A stretch of DNA of 64,000 bases, taken from an uncultured Solirubrobacteraceae bacterium. GTDB lineage: Bacteria > Actinomycetota > Thermoleophilia > Solirubrobacterales > Solirubrobacteraceae. The notes under the pieces were generated by a model. That model saw only the letters and a list, made by a program, of their open reading frames with translations, ran no database searches and had not been told where the DNA came from. The stretch covers positions 586,746-650,745 of the forward strand of contig CAWAKI010000004.1 of the NCBI GenBank assembly GCA_963782575.1, read 5' to 3'. Below, one piece after another: positions 9,256-20,924 of this stretch; position 1 is the stretch's first letter; the number at the start of each line of letters is the position of its first letter. The position numbers and the translations under genes are program-made.

Positions 9256-10598
9256 GTGAACGGCCTCAAGCTCATCATCGCGGCCGCTGCTGGTCGCCGT
9301 GAACGCGTTCTTCGTGATCGCCGAGTACGCGCTCGTGCGCTCGCGCCGCGCGCGGCTGGAGATGATGCGCGACGAGGGCAGCAAGGGGCGCGGCGCTGGC
9401 GCTCGTCGCAGCTCGGCGCACGTCAACGAGTACATCTCCGCGGTGCAGATCGGCGTGACGATGACCTCGATCGGCGATCGGCGCGCTGGCCGAGCCTGCG
9501 CTCGCGGCGATCCTGCAAGAGCGCGCTCGGCAACACGCTCAGCCACGGCGTCGCGGTCGCGATCGTCGGCGATCGTCGCGTTCGTCGTCGATCGCCTCCG
9601 TCGCAGCTGATCGGCGGCGAGATGGTGCCGAAGTTCTACGCGATCGACCGCGCCGAGTCGGTCGCCCGGCGCGTGGCGCGGCCCGCTGCAGGGCTTCAGC
9701 GTCGCTGTTCCACCCGTTCGATCGTCGCGCTGACGGCCGTCTCCGACCGCATCCTGCGGCTGTTGGGCGTGGACATGGACGATCGAGCGCCGCGGCGGCT
9801 CCACGCGACGAGCTGAAGCTCCTGATCGCCGAGTCCTACGCGGGCGGGCAGATCGACCCGGGCGAGGCGGGGATGCTGACGCGGCGTCTTTCACCTGCAC
9901 GAACAGGAGGCGCGCCAGGTGATGACGCCGATCCCCGCGGTCGTCACGGTCGACGTCTCCCAGGACGTCGAGAGCGGCGCTGAAGCTGTGCGTCTCCAGC
10001 GGCCACACGCGCCTGGTGGTCACCGAGGACGACGACCGCGACCGCGTGCGCGGGCTCGTGCACGTCGAGCACGCTCGCCGGCCAGCTGATGCAGCGAGGG
10101 CCCGCACGCCCCGATCGAGCCGATCGTGCACGACGCGCTGATCGTGCCCGAGACCAAGCCGCTGGACGACCTGCTCGCCGACCTGCAGCGCCAGCGCACC
10201 TCGATGGCGGTCGTCGTCGACGAGTACGGGCGCGTGGTCGGGGTCGTGACCGTCGAGGACATCATCGAGGAGGTCGTCGGGGAGATCGCCGACGAGACCG
10301 ATCCGGCCGCCGGCGAGATCCGCCGGCTGGCAAACGGCGACTGGTTCGTGCGCGGCCACGTCGCGGTCACCGACCTGGCCGACTACGGCCTCGAGCTGCC
10401 GGTCGACAGCGACGCGTACAACTCCGTCGGCGGCTTCGTGTTCGCCGAGCTCGGGCGACTGCCCCGCCGCGGCGACACGGTCAGCGCCGACGGCTTCTCG
10501 ATCCGCGTGGAGTCGGTGCGCGACAACCGCATCGAGGCGGTGCGCATCCGCGAACGGCGGCTCGCGCCGCCCCGGCCGAACGCGACACCGACGCCTAG
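9256..10598 (+). CDS. HlyC/CorC hemolysin-family CNNM/CBS protein (multiple frameshifts; end approximate)
   Basis: [48 protein letters not shown], CorC_HlyC C-terminal domain. Confidence 0.88.
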
Positions 10599-10674
10599 CC
10601 CGCCCCGGCGCGCGGCGCGGTCCGTTCGCGCTGCGGCTGCGGCCCGCCCCGGGGCCTGCGAGGCAACCGGCCCG

Positions 10675-10760
10675 TTAAACACGTCCGGCCCGCGGGGGGA
10701 GCGGACCGGATCGTGCGCACTGGGAGGAGGCGGGTGTGCGATGCGACGTTAATGTCGCAT
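10675..10760 (-). ncRNA. Candidate 6C-like sRNA with C-rich loops
   Basis: Three hairpins; loops ACCCGCCUCCUCCCA and UCCCCCC; a G-U pair supports the minus strand; GATACT -10-like element upstream. Confidence 0.55.
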
Positions 10761-10844
10761 GACCAAGTATCTCCACGTGGATGAACGGCACCTAAAACTC
10801 ATCTGAGGATCGATAAATCTTCGGCGCGAGCGTGCGCCGGGCCC

Positions 10845-11661
10845 TCAGCGCGGGGAGTACGTGCAAGCCGCGGCCGCTCTTGCGCCCGAGCGCGCCTTCG
10901 GCGACCAGCTCACGCGACGCGTGCGGGCACGGGCTCGCCGATCGTCTCGCCGATCGCCGCTGACACGTCGAGGCCGACGAGGTCGAGCAGCGCGAGCGGG
11001 CCCATCGGGTGCCCGGCGCCGAGCTTCATGCAGGTGTCGACGTCGCGTCGGGTCCATGCCGGTCTCTTCCACCAGCCGCACCGCGCTGAAGAGGTATGGG
11101 AACAGCAGGCGGTTGACGACGAAGCCGGGCACGTCGGGCACCTCGACGGGCGTCTTCTCGAACGTCTCGCACAGCGCCAGCGCGCGCGCGCGCGTCGTCC
11201 GCGCTGGCCTCGCGCGGGAAGATCAGCTCGACGAGCTTCATCTTCGTGACAGGGTTGAACACGTGCAGCCCGACGAAGCGGTCCGGGCGCCCGCTCGCCT
11301 GCGCCAGCCGCTGCGACCGACAGCGAGGAGGTGGTGCTCGCGAGGATCGCGTCGGGCCGAGGATGCCGTTGAGCTCGCCGAGCAGCGCGCGCCTTCACGT
11401 CGTGGTCCTCGACGACCGCCTCCACCACGAACGTCGCCTGCGGCGAGCTCGCGCGGGTCGGTCACGACCTGGACGTGCTCGGGGTCGACATCCGTCGACC
11501 TCGCGCCCAGGCGCGCGAGCGTCTTCTCGACGCGTCGCGCGCGCGCGGTCGGCCGACGTCTCCGAGCGCGCCAGCAGCAGCACCGGCCCGTGGTGGGCCG
11601 CCGTGGCCGCCAGGCCGCAGGCGATCGCGCCGCTGCCGGCTACCGCAAGGCGTTCGCTCAC
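10845..11661 (-). CDS. 3-hydroxyacyl-CoA dehydrogenase family protein (frameshifted)
   Basis: [57 protein letters not shown]. Confidence 0.9.
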
Positions 11662-11879
11662 GCTGCTCCTTTGCCGTCCAGGTTCGCCGGATGGCCCGCC
11701 TGCACTGGCTGACGTGACCAGTCAATCGCAGGGCAGGCGGTAGAGTACGCGGCTGCAGGGTCCGGGCACCTGCTCGGCGCGCCTTGCCGAGCCGGCATCC
11801 TCGGAGACGCCGCTCGTCGCTGCGCGCCAGGCCAACCCGATCGCGCCCGGCGGCAATACGACCGTAGGAGGACTCCAGA

Positions 11880-13063
<1,184 letters not shown>

Positions 13064-13177
13064 GCGAGCGCGCGGGCGCCCGCGCGCGCCGATTTTGATA
13101 GGCCGGCCCCGGAGGCCGGCCCCTGTGGGTTCGCGTGGTGCGCCTCGGGCGCGCCGCGCGAGCTGCCCGGGCGTCTG

Positions 13178-14751
13178 TCAGCCCGAGGCCGGGCCTTTGC
13201 CGGTCCAGCTGACCGCGACCGGCGCGAGCGCCAGCAGCGCGCTCCACGTGGCCGGCGTGGCGACGCCGTTCGGTGGCGAGCCCGTGCGCGGTCTGGAACT
13301 GCTCGAGGTCGGTGGTGGTCTGCGAGCCGAAGACGCCGGTGGTTTCCTGGCTCGGGACGGCGGTCGCGAGGTGCTCCTGGAGCCAGAGCACCTGGTCGCC
13401 GCTGGCGACCCTGCGCGAGTTCGGGCCATTCGCTGTTCGGCAGTCACGCTGGTGAGCGGCGCGAGCGCTTCGGCGAGGCCCTTCCAGCCGGCCGAGCCCG
13501 TTTCCTGCCAGTCCCAGAAGGACAGCCCTTGGCGCCGTAGTCGACCGCCTCCTCGCGGAAGCGGACCAGTTCGGAGGCGCCGCGTTTTCATAGGTCTGCC
13601 CGAGCGGGAAGATCGCGCGCCCGTAGATGCGGTTGGCGATGTAGGTGTTCGCGTAGACCGTGTCGATCGACTGCCCGATCGCCTTCCAGTACATCTGCGG
13701 CGCGTTGAACTGCGCGCCGCCGGGCCCGAGGAACACGGAGTAGGGGAACGACTCGTGGTAGGTGACGTAGGGGAAGGACGCGAGCGCCAGCGGGTAGCTC
13801 GGGCCGATCTTCGCGCGCAGGTCGGCGAGGTAGGTCTGGGCCGCCGCGTAGTGGCCTTCGTACTCGGCCTCGGCGTCGATCACGAGGCAGTCGGCGCCGT
13901 CGGCGACGGCCTGTGCGCCGAGCGCCGCCTCGCCGCCCGGGTTGCTCCCGTAGACGTACTGCCACGCGCAGACCTTGATGCCGGCGGCGTGCAGGGTCGG
14001 CGACGAGTTCGGGTGAGAACTGGCCCCAGTAGTTGCTCGAGCCGTCCGAGCTCTTCACGAACACGGTGCTGATCCCGGCCGCGTGTGCGCGCGCGACGAT
14101 CGCCGGCAGCGAGCCTTTTTCGGAGGCGCTCACGTACCAGATCCACATGCCCTGGCCTTCCAGCGCGCCGCCCGAGGCCGGGGCGGCGGGTGCGGGTGCC
14201 GGCGCTTTCACCGGCGGGTGCAGGGCGTGGTTGTAGAGGTAGATCGGTCCGTAGGAGCTCGTGTAGCGGCCGTTGCCCAGCAGCACCATCACGTGGCCCG
14301 AGTGCGCGGCCGCGGGCACGGTCGCGAGCAGGCCGCCCGAGCCGCTGCGCAGCCGCGCGGCGGGCGAGCTGGTCGTCACGCGGGCGCCGGGGGCCCTCGG
14401 GAAGCCGAGCGCCATGCCCGCCTGCAACCCGACGCCCTTGACCAGCAGCGTGCCGTGGATCGAGACCTGATGGGGGTTCGTGCTGCAGCGCGCGGCGGGG
14501 GTGCAGCTGACACTCGTGATCCGCACGCTCGTCACGTGCGCGCCGCTGCCGGCCGGCGCCTTGGTGGCCGGCGTCGAGCCGCCCGAGCGCGACCCCGAGG
14601 GCACGTTCGAGCTGCCGGTGGCGGGTGTCCCGCCCGCGCCGGCGGCCGGCGCGGCGCCGGGCAGGCACAGGCCGACCAGCACGGCCAGCGCCATCAGCGC
14701 TGCCGCGAGGATGATGGCTCGGTTTGCGATGCCTCTGCTCGCCGAGGTCAC
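13178..14751 (-). CDS. Secreted cell-wall hydrolase-like protein: GH25-like TIM barrel plus peptidoglycan-binding domain (frameshifted)
   Basis: Signal peptide; GMWIWYV, VFVKSSDG, VIDAEAEYE (DxE); C-terminal GDQVLWLQEHL..TGVFG..T..LEQFQTAHGL..GV....TWSALL. Confidence 0.75.
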
Positions 14752-14874
14752 GAGCACCCTTTCGTGCCGAGGTGATTCGCGGGTTCGCGGGGACGCGCTG
14801 CTGCGGGCCCCGCGCTCGAGCCGAAGTTACCGGCTCTTGGGCACCAAACGCTCAGTCGGCAGGGAAGTTGCGCC

Positions 14875-15927
14875 CTAGCCCCAGCGGAAGCCGCCGGCGG
14901 CCGGCTGCGGGTCGAGGGGGCTGCACGGCAGCCCGGGAGCGGGCGTGGGCAGGTTGAAGCCCCCGGGCGCGACGTCGTTCGGGGCGTCGGCGTGGAACAG
15001 CGAGGCGAGGTACTGGTTCTGCCCGCGGCCGACCCCGAGCTCGAACTGCCCGCCGCCGTAGTTGCCGATCCCGCGCTCCTCGCAGTAGTCGTAGGCGTCG
15101 AGGAGGTTGCGCAGGCCGCCGAGCCGCGAGGGCTTGATGTTGACCATGCGCGGCGGATAGGGCAGGCCCTCGATGTCCTCGATCGAGTGGATCGGTCGCG
15201 TCCCAGGAGAAGCGCTCGCGGTGCGCGGCGAGCACCTCCTCGGTCTCCTCGGTCAGCGCCGGGTCCTCGATCCAGGCCTCCGGGAAGGCTTCGACGACGC
15301 GGCGGTAGAGCACCGGATCGGGCGGCTGATCGACGATCGAGCCGACGTAGTAGCCCTTGAAGTCGACTGACTCGACCGCGCCCGTCGCCACCAGGTCCCC
15401 GATCAGCGCCTCGTCCCAGGAGCTCGTCGGGTCGAGCTTGAAGCGCAGCCCTGGGCAGATCTCCAGGCGCCGCTCGAGCGGCTCCATGCTCGGCGGCTCG
15501 CCGAGGCGGAGCGAGACCACGAACCGCACCGGCGCCGGCGTTCGCTCGAGCGCAGCGTGCAGGCTCAGGCCGGCCTGGCGCAGCGCGAGATCGAGCGCCG
15601 CCGACTCATACGCCCACACGCGATAGCGACGCGAGACCTCACGCTGGGGGGCCTCCGGGAACAGGTCGAGGCCGGCCAAGAGCTCGCTGAAGCTCGCCGA
15701 GCGTGGAGCTGCCCGCGAGCGGCAGCGGCGGTCCGGCGCGCCTGCAGGATCTCCTGGTCGACGCCGTCGTAGGTCACGTCCTCTCCGAGCCCCTCCTGCC
15801 CGCCGCCGCGAAGCCGGATCACGGTCGAGAGGCGCTCGAAGTCGCTCGAGACCGACTCGGAGAGGCCCTCGAGCGCGTAGTCCTCGATCCGCAGCGGCAG
15901 CGAGGCGAGCCGCTCCCAGGTGCTCAC
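14875..15927 (-). CDS. Enolase-superfamily (mandelate racemase/MenC-like fold) protein, frameshifted
   Basis: GLGEDV, ESAALDLAL, FKLDP, VDFKG, IEDP, SWDA, VNIKPSR. Confidence 0.75.
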
Positions 15928-16167
15928 GCGCCGGCCTCGCGCTCGAGTCGCGCGACGAGCTCGTCGAGCCGCAGCTCCTCGAGCGCGCCGCCGACCTCGG
16001 CGAGCTCGGCCGCGCACTGCTCGATCAGGCGCTTGCCCTCGCCGACGAGCGCGAGCGTCTCCTGCAGGCTCGCCTCGCCGGAGTCCAGGCGGCGGATGAT
16101 CTCCTCGACGCGCGCGCGCGGCCTGCTCGTATGAGAGCCGCTGCGCCTGCTCGCCGGTGTCGCTCAC
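15924..16167 (-). CDS. xseB: Exodeoxyribonuclease VII small subunit (frameshifted)
   Basis: LSYEQA..RVEEIIRRLDSGEASLQETLALVGEGKRLIEQC; overlaps the xseA stop. Confidence 0.88.
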
Positions 16168-17556
16168 GGCTCGCGCGCCTCCACGGGCAGCTCGCCGTCG
16201 GCGAAGCGCAGCACGAGCTCGCCGGCGGCCCGCGCGGCGGCCGCGCTCGGCAGCGGCTCGCCCGAGCGGGTGCGCGCGAGCGCGTAGCCGCGCTCGAGCG
16301 TGCGCTGCGGATCGTGCCCGCCCAGCGCGAGCGCGAGGCGTTCGAGCTCGCGCGGGCGCCGCTCGCGGCACTCGCGCACGGTCGACTCCGACTTGCGCGC
16401 GAGCACCAGCGCGCGGCGGGCGCTCACGCGCCGCTCCTCGAGCACCCGCCGGCGCGCACCGGCGCGGATCTCGCGGAGGTGCTGGTGCAGGCGCGCATGC
16501 TGGCGCGCGAGTTGCGCCGTGGGCGCGCGCGAGAGCAGTGCCAGGCGCCGCGCGCGCTCCAGCACCACGCGGCGCGCGTGGTCGCGCAGCCGCTGCGCCT
16601 CGCGCGCATGCAGCGAGCGGGCGGAGAGCGCGCGCCGCGAGTGCTCGGCCAGGCGCTCGCCACACGAGCACAGCTCCGCGCGGGCGCGGCGGCAGTCGAC
16701 CGCGACCGCCGCCTCGGCGGCGTGCGTCGGGGTCGAGCAGCTGACGGCCGCGACGTCGTCGAGCAGCGTGCGGTCGGTGTGGTGCCCGACCGAGGCGATC
16801 ACCGGCACCGACAGCAGCGCGACCGTCCTGCACAGCGTCTCGTCGCAGAAGCACAGCAGGTCGGCGAGTGACCCCCCGCCGCGGGCGACGATCACGACCT
16901 CCACGCCGGGCGCCGCCGCGAGGTCCCCGAGCGCGCGCGTGATCGCGGGCGCGGCGTGGCGGTCCTGCACCGGCGCGAACGCCCACACCAGCCGTCCGGC
17001 CCAGCCGCGCCGCTGCAGCGCCGCGAGCAGGTCATCGCGCGCCTTGCCGCTCTCGCCGGTGACGACCCCGATGCTCGCCGGCAGCGCCGGGCGCGCGAGC
17101 AGCTTCTGGCGCTCGAGCAGCCCCTCGGCGTCGAGCTGCTTGCGCAGGCGGTCGATCTGCGCGAGCAGGTCGCCCTCGCCCGCGACGCGCAGGTCGGTGA
17201 CGTTGAACGAGAACGAGGGCGAGGCGCTCGCGCTGCCGGGGTAGTAGTCGCAGCCGCCCGCGACCACGACCTGCATCCCCTCGGCGGGCGCCTGGACGCC
17301 GGAGGCGAGCATCCGCTCCCAGTCGTTCAGCCACGCCGCGCACGGGATCGCGCCGGAGGCGTCGCGCAGCTCGAAGTACACCCGCGTGCGCGCCACGCGC
17401 AGGTTCACGAGCTCCCCGATCAGCTGCACGTGCGCGAACGCGCGCAGCCGCTCGCGCAGCTTCGCGGCGTAGCGAGCCGACGGGGAACGGGCCCGGCAGC
17501 GAGCTGTCCGGAATCCCGCGGATCGGCGCGGCGTCGGTGCCCGGATTCAGGGACAT
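16164..17556 (-). CDS. xseA: Exodeoxyribonuclease VII large subunit (frameshift near 17475)
   Basis: YFELRD, IGVVTG, ARGGGSLADL, SVGHHTD, TPTHAA, LERGYAL. Confidence 0.92.
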
Positions 17557-17625
17557 CTCGCGCCAGCATAGGCGCTAGCATCGACGGCGATGCCGAGCGG
17601 TGACCCACGTCCCCGGGTCTGAGCG

Positions 17626-18207
17626 ATGTCCAAGCGCAACGCTGGCAGGCGCGGGCGCGCGCGCAAGCGCCGCCCGGCCGCCGCGACGGCCGCGCAGGCG
17701 ACGGTCGCGCCGGCGACCGAGCCCGCCGAGGTCGGGCGTCCCGCACAGGAGCGCCGCCGCGGAGCGCGCCGTCCGCCGGCCGAGCGCGTCGCGCACCGCG
17801 ACCCGGGCGGAGTCGGCGAGCGCCCGCAGGCCCCGTGGCACCCGTGGCCGCTCTCCGAGCTCCTGATCTTCGTCGGGGCGATCGGCACGATCGTCGGCTT
17901 CGCCTCGACCGACCGCACGCTGCTGTGGGCCTCGATCGGCGCGGTCGTGCTCGGCACGCTCGAGTTCACGATCCGCGAGCACCTGAGCGGCTACCGCTCG
18001 CACGCGGCGCTGCTGGCCGCGTTCCCGACCGCGCTGCTGCACGGCGGCATCGCGCTCGGCCTGTACGCGCTCGGCGCGCGCGGCGAGGCGCTCGTGCTGG
18101 TGCCGGTGCTCGTCGACGTGCCGGTCTTCTGGCTGCTGTTCCGCTACCTGCGTGCGCGCTTCGAGGACGCCCGCCGCGAGCGCGTGTTCGCGCTCGGGCA
18201 GCGCTGA
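17626..18207 (+). CDS. Hypothetical membrane protein (about 4 TM helices)
   Basis: Intact 193-aa ORF with four hydrophobic segments. Confidence 0.7.
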   Translation: MSKRNAGRRGRARKRRPAAATAAQATVAPATEPAEVGRPAQERRRGARRPPAERVAHRDPGGVGERPQAPWHPWPLSELLIFVGAIGTIVGFASTDRTLLWASIGAVVLGTLEFTIREHLSGYRSHAALLAAFPTALLHGGIALGLYALGARGEALVLVPVLVDVPVFWLLFRYLRARFEDARRERVFALGQR

Positions 18208-18216
18208 GCGCCCTCG

Positions 18217-18504
18217 CTAGTCGCGCGGCATCGAGAAGCGCAGCGACGGCAGCGGGCGCTCGCCCTCGGCGACGGCCCCGCCGCGGTCCTCACCGCTGAT
18301 CGCGAGCCGCTCCAGGCGCGCGATCTCGCGCTCGCCTTCGATCCGTGCCGGGTGCCCGGGCTCGACCCCGGCGATCAGGGCCGCGATGCGGTTTCGCAGC
18401 TGCAGCGCGAAGTGCGGTGTCGAGGCGCCCATCAGCTGGCGCACGTCCTCGACCGTGACCTCGCGGTCGGCCGGCAGGCGGCGGGGGTCCTCGGCTTGGC
18501 TCAC
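18217..18504 (-). CDS. Hypothetical protein
   Basis: GTG start VSQAEDPRR..QLMGASTPHFALQLRNRI; follows the CWB2 gene on the same strand. Confidence 0.65.
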   Translation of the reverse strand: MSQAEDPRRLPADREVTVEDVRQLMGASTPHFALQLRNRIAALIAGVEPGHPARIEGEREIARLERLAISGEDRGGAVAEGERPLPSLRFSMPRD

Positions 18505-18523
18505 GTGCTGGAAGTCCTGTTCG

Positions 18524-19756
18524 CTATTCGGCGGTCCCACCCGTCGCTTCTTCGGCGCCGCCCTGTTTGCGCGGGGCGATCTCCAGCAGCGAGTCGAGTT
18601 CGGATTGCGTGACCAGCGAGATCGCATGTTCGTCGCCGATCAGCCAGCCGTGATTGTAGACGCCGCGTACAGGGCGGAATTCGGGCGCGCTCGAGTAGGC
18701 GGGCTGGATGTCGCTCAGGTAGGAGGCGAGCTCGGGCGGGACAGCATCGGCCGTTTCGAGCAGCAGCAGCGGCGCGTAGTCGCCGGTCGCGGACAGCAGC
18801 GCGGCGGCCGGCGCGTCGAGCGGGCGCGACGCGTTCGCGAAGGCGAGCCCGTGCCCGGGTTCTTTGACGCCCCACCCGAACGTCCCGTCGGTGAAGCGGG
18901 CCACCGAGATCGCACCCGCGGCCGGGGTGGGGCTTTCGCCGGCGGCGGCTTCGGGGATCCGCGTGACCGTCCCGAGCCGCGCCAGCGCGCCGAGCGCAGC
19001 GGGCGTCAGGCCGGAGGAGCCGATCACGTAGATCGCGGGGTGGTGCATCGAGGTGAGCGCGGCGCTCGTCGCCGCGGGCAGGCCGCTCTGGGTGGCGAAC
19101 AGGATCGGCGCGCCGCTCTGCGCGGACAGGCCGGCGGCGGGCATCTGCAGCGCCGGCGCGCCGCCTGAGGCGAGCACGATCGCCTGGCGCGGCCGCGCCC
19201 CGGCGGCACGTGCGAGGAGGCTCTCGATCGCCGCCGCGGCGGCCGCCGGTTCGCCGGCGGGAACGGCGCTCACGCGGTAGCCACCGGGGACGGAGGCGTG
19301 CGTGCCGACCTCGATCACCTGCGCGCCGCCGATCGCCGCGGCGCCCGTCGGGCGCATCGCTTCGAGCGCCTGGCTCGAGACCTGCGGCAGCGAGCCGCCT
19401 TCGGCGAACAGGATCGGCGCGTTCAGCGGCGCCGCGGCGAGGCCCGATGCTGCGAGCGCGGCGGGCCAGTTGCCCTCGTCGACGACCACGACGGCCTGCG
19501 GGCGCGTGGCCGAGGTCTGCCCGGGGTAGACGACGCGCGCGACCGCGGCGGCGTCGTCGGTGGGGCCGGCGCCGCCGATGCGGCTCGTGTTGCGCGTCGT
19601 GACGCTGACGGCGCCCTCGGTCGCGACCGGCGCGACGCTGCGCACCGGGCCACCCGTCTCGGTGGGCTGCCCCGCGGTCTTGCCGCACCCGGCGAGCAGC
19701 GCGGCGGCGCCGATCGCGAGCAGCGGGCGGGTGGCGCGTGCGAGGCGGCGGCGCAT
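18524..19756 (-). CDS. Lipoprotein with cell wall-binding repeat 2 (CWB2)-like repeats
   Basis: Lipobox LLAGC; RIGGAG..DDAAAVA, AALAASGLAA...APILF, APILFAT...LPAAT, APLLLL. Confidence 0.8.
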   Translation of the reverse strand: MRRRLARATRPLLAIGAAALLAGCGKTAGQPTETGGPVRSVAPVATEGAVSVTTRNTSRIGGAGPTDDAAAVARVVYPGQTSATRPQAVVVVDEGNWPAALAASGLAAAPLNAPILFAEGGSLPQVSSQALEAMRPTGAAAIGGAQVIEVGTHASVPGGYRVSAVPAGEPAAAAAAIESLLARAAGARPRQAIVLASGGAPALQMPAAGLSAQSGAPILFATQSGLPAATSAALTSMHHPAIYVIGSSGLTPAALGALARLGTVTRIPEAAAGESPTPAAGAISVARFTDGTFGWGVKEPGHGLAFANASRPLDAPAAALLSATGDYAPLLLLETADAVPPELASYLSDIQPAYSSAPEFRPVRGVYNHGWLIGDEHAISLVTQSELDSLLEIAPRKQGGAEEATGGTAE

Positions 19757-19870
19757 CGGCCCCGGACACTAGATGATCGCTTCCAGGAAACGCGGCATTT
19801 GCAGGGACCGGATTGGGCGGTCGCTGTCAAGGACTGCAAGCGTCTTCCCGCTCTGCTAGCGTGCCGCACC

Positions 19871-20000
19871 GGAAATAGCCGAGTTCCCGGCAAGAGGCCG
19901 GGGACCGGGGGACCCGAGTTGTTGGGGCGAATCCCGCGTGGACCGCGGTGAAGCGCAGACTCTTTCAGCGCTAGCCCGTCAGCTAACCCCGGAGGCCGAC
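19871..20000 (+). promoter_or_regulatory. Cyclic di-AMP (ydaO/yuaA) riboswitch
   Basis: GCCGAG..CC, GGGGGACCC, TTGGGGCGAATC, GCCCGTCAGCTAACCCCGGAGGC match the consensus; lies upstream of a cell-wall hydrolase. Confidence 0.9.
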
Positions 20001-20016
20001 GAAAGAGGTTGTTGTC

Positions 20017-20817
20017 TTGCGGTTCCGTTTCAGCGGCGCAGTTCTTTGCATTCTGTCGTTCGCCATCGCGCTCGCGCCGAGCGCTCAGGCCGCCGGTACC
20101 GGCGGCGTCACGGCGGGCGAAGCCAACTCCCCCAGCCCCGCCGCCAAGCCGAAGCTCCACCTGTTCCCGGTCACGGCGCACACGCCGAGCCTGGCCTACC
20201 ACGGCCCCATCTACGTGAAGACGGCCAGCGGCGAAGTCCAGCCCTACCAGCCCGGCTCCTCGGGCCAGACGACGACGGGCAGCGCGGCGAGCCTCACGGG
20301 CGGCGCCTCGCCCGCCTCGCAGAGCTCCCCGAGCGTGCCGCCGCTGAACCCCGCCTCGCTGAGCGGCCCAGCGCAGCGTCCCGAGCTGCTCGTGCCGGGC
20401 ACCACCGCCCGCTACGTCGACGGCCTGGCGGCGGCCCCGATGGGCGCCCCGGCGGCCATCCAGGAGATCGTCTGGGCCGGCAACGAGCTGATCGGGCTGC
20501 CCTACATCTACGGCGGGGGCCACGGCTCGTGGATCGACAGCGGCTACGACTGCTCAGGCACCGTCTCCTTCGCGCTGCACGGCGCGAGCCTGCTGCACAG
20601 CCCCGAGGACTCCTCGGAATTCGAAGGCTACGGCTCGCACGGGATCGGGCGCTGGGTCACGATCTTCGCGAACCCCGGACACGCCTACATGACGGTCGCC
20701 GGGCTGCGGCTCGACACCAGCGCCGCCGATGACCCGTCCAACCAGCAGGGGCCGCGCTGGCGCCCGCTGCGGCCGGCCAACAGCGGCTTCACCGTGAGGC
20801 ACCCGCTCGGACTCTGA
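20017..20817 (+). CDS. Secreted NlpC/P60-family peptidoglycan hydrolase
   Basis: Signal peptide; PYIYGGGH..GYDCSG, GHAYM (catalytic Cys/His); TTG start. Confidence 0.85.
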   Translation: MRFRFSGAVLCILSFAIALAPSAQAAGTGGVTAGEANSPSPAAKPKLHLFPVTAHTPSLAYHGPIYVKTASGEVQPYQPGSSGQTTTGSAASLTGGASPASQSSPSVPPLNPASLSGPAQRPELLVPGTTARYVDGLAAAPMGAPAAIQEIVWAGNELIGLPYIYGGGHGSWIDSGYDCSGTVSFALHGASLLHSPEDSSEFEGYGSHGIGRWVTIFANPGHAYMTVAGLRLDTSAADDPSNQQGPRWRPLRPANSGFTVRHPLGL

Positions 20818-20924
20818 GAGCCCTGCTGCCCGATGGCGGGCAGCAGGCGCTCCTCAGCTAGGCTTGGAGACTGTTGGTCGGCCCTGCGGCCGAGCACCCA
20901 GCGGCAACCGCATAGGAGGATCAG

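Noticed and set aside
13068-13087. 20-bp perfect GC palindrome (similar one at 4111-4128)
   Set aside because: Single GC-rich hairpins just after stop codons; most simply terminators
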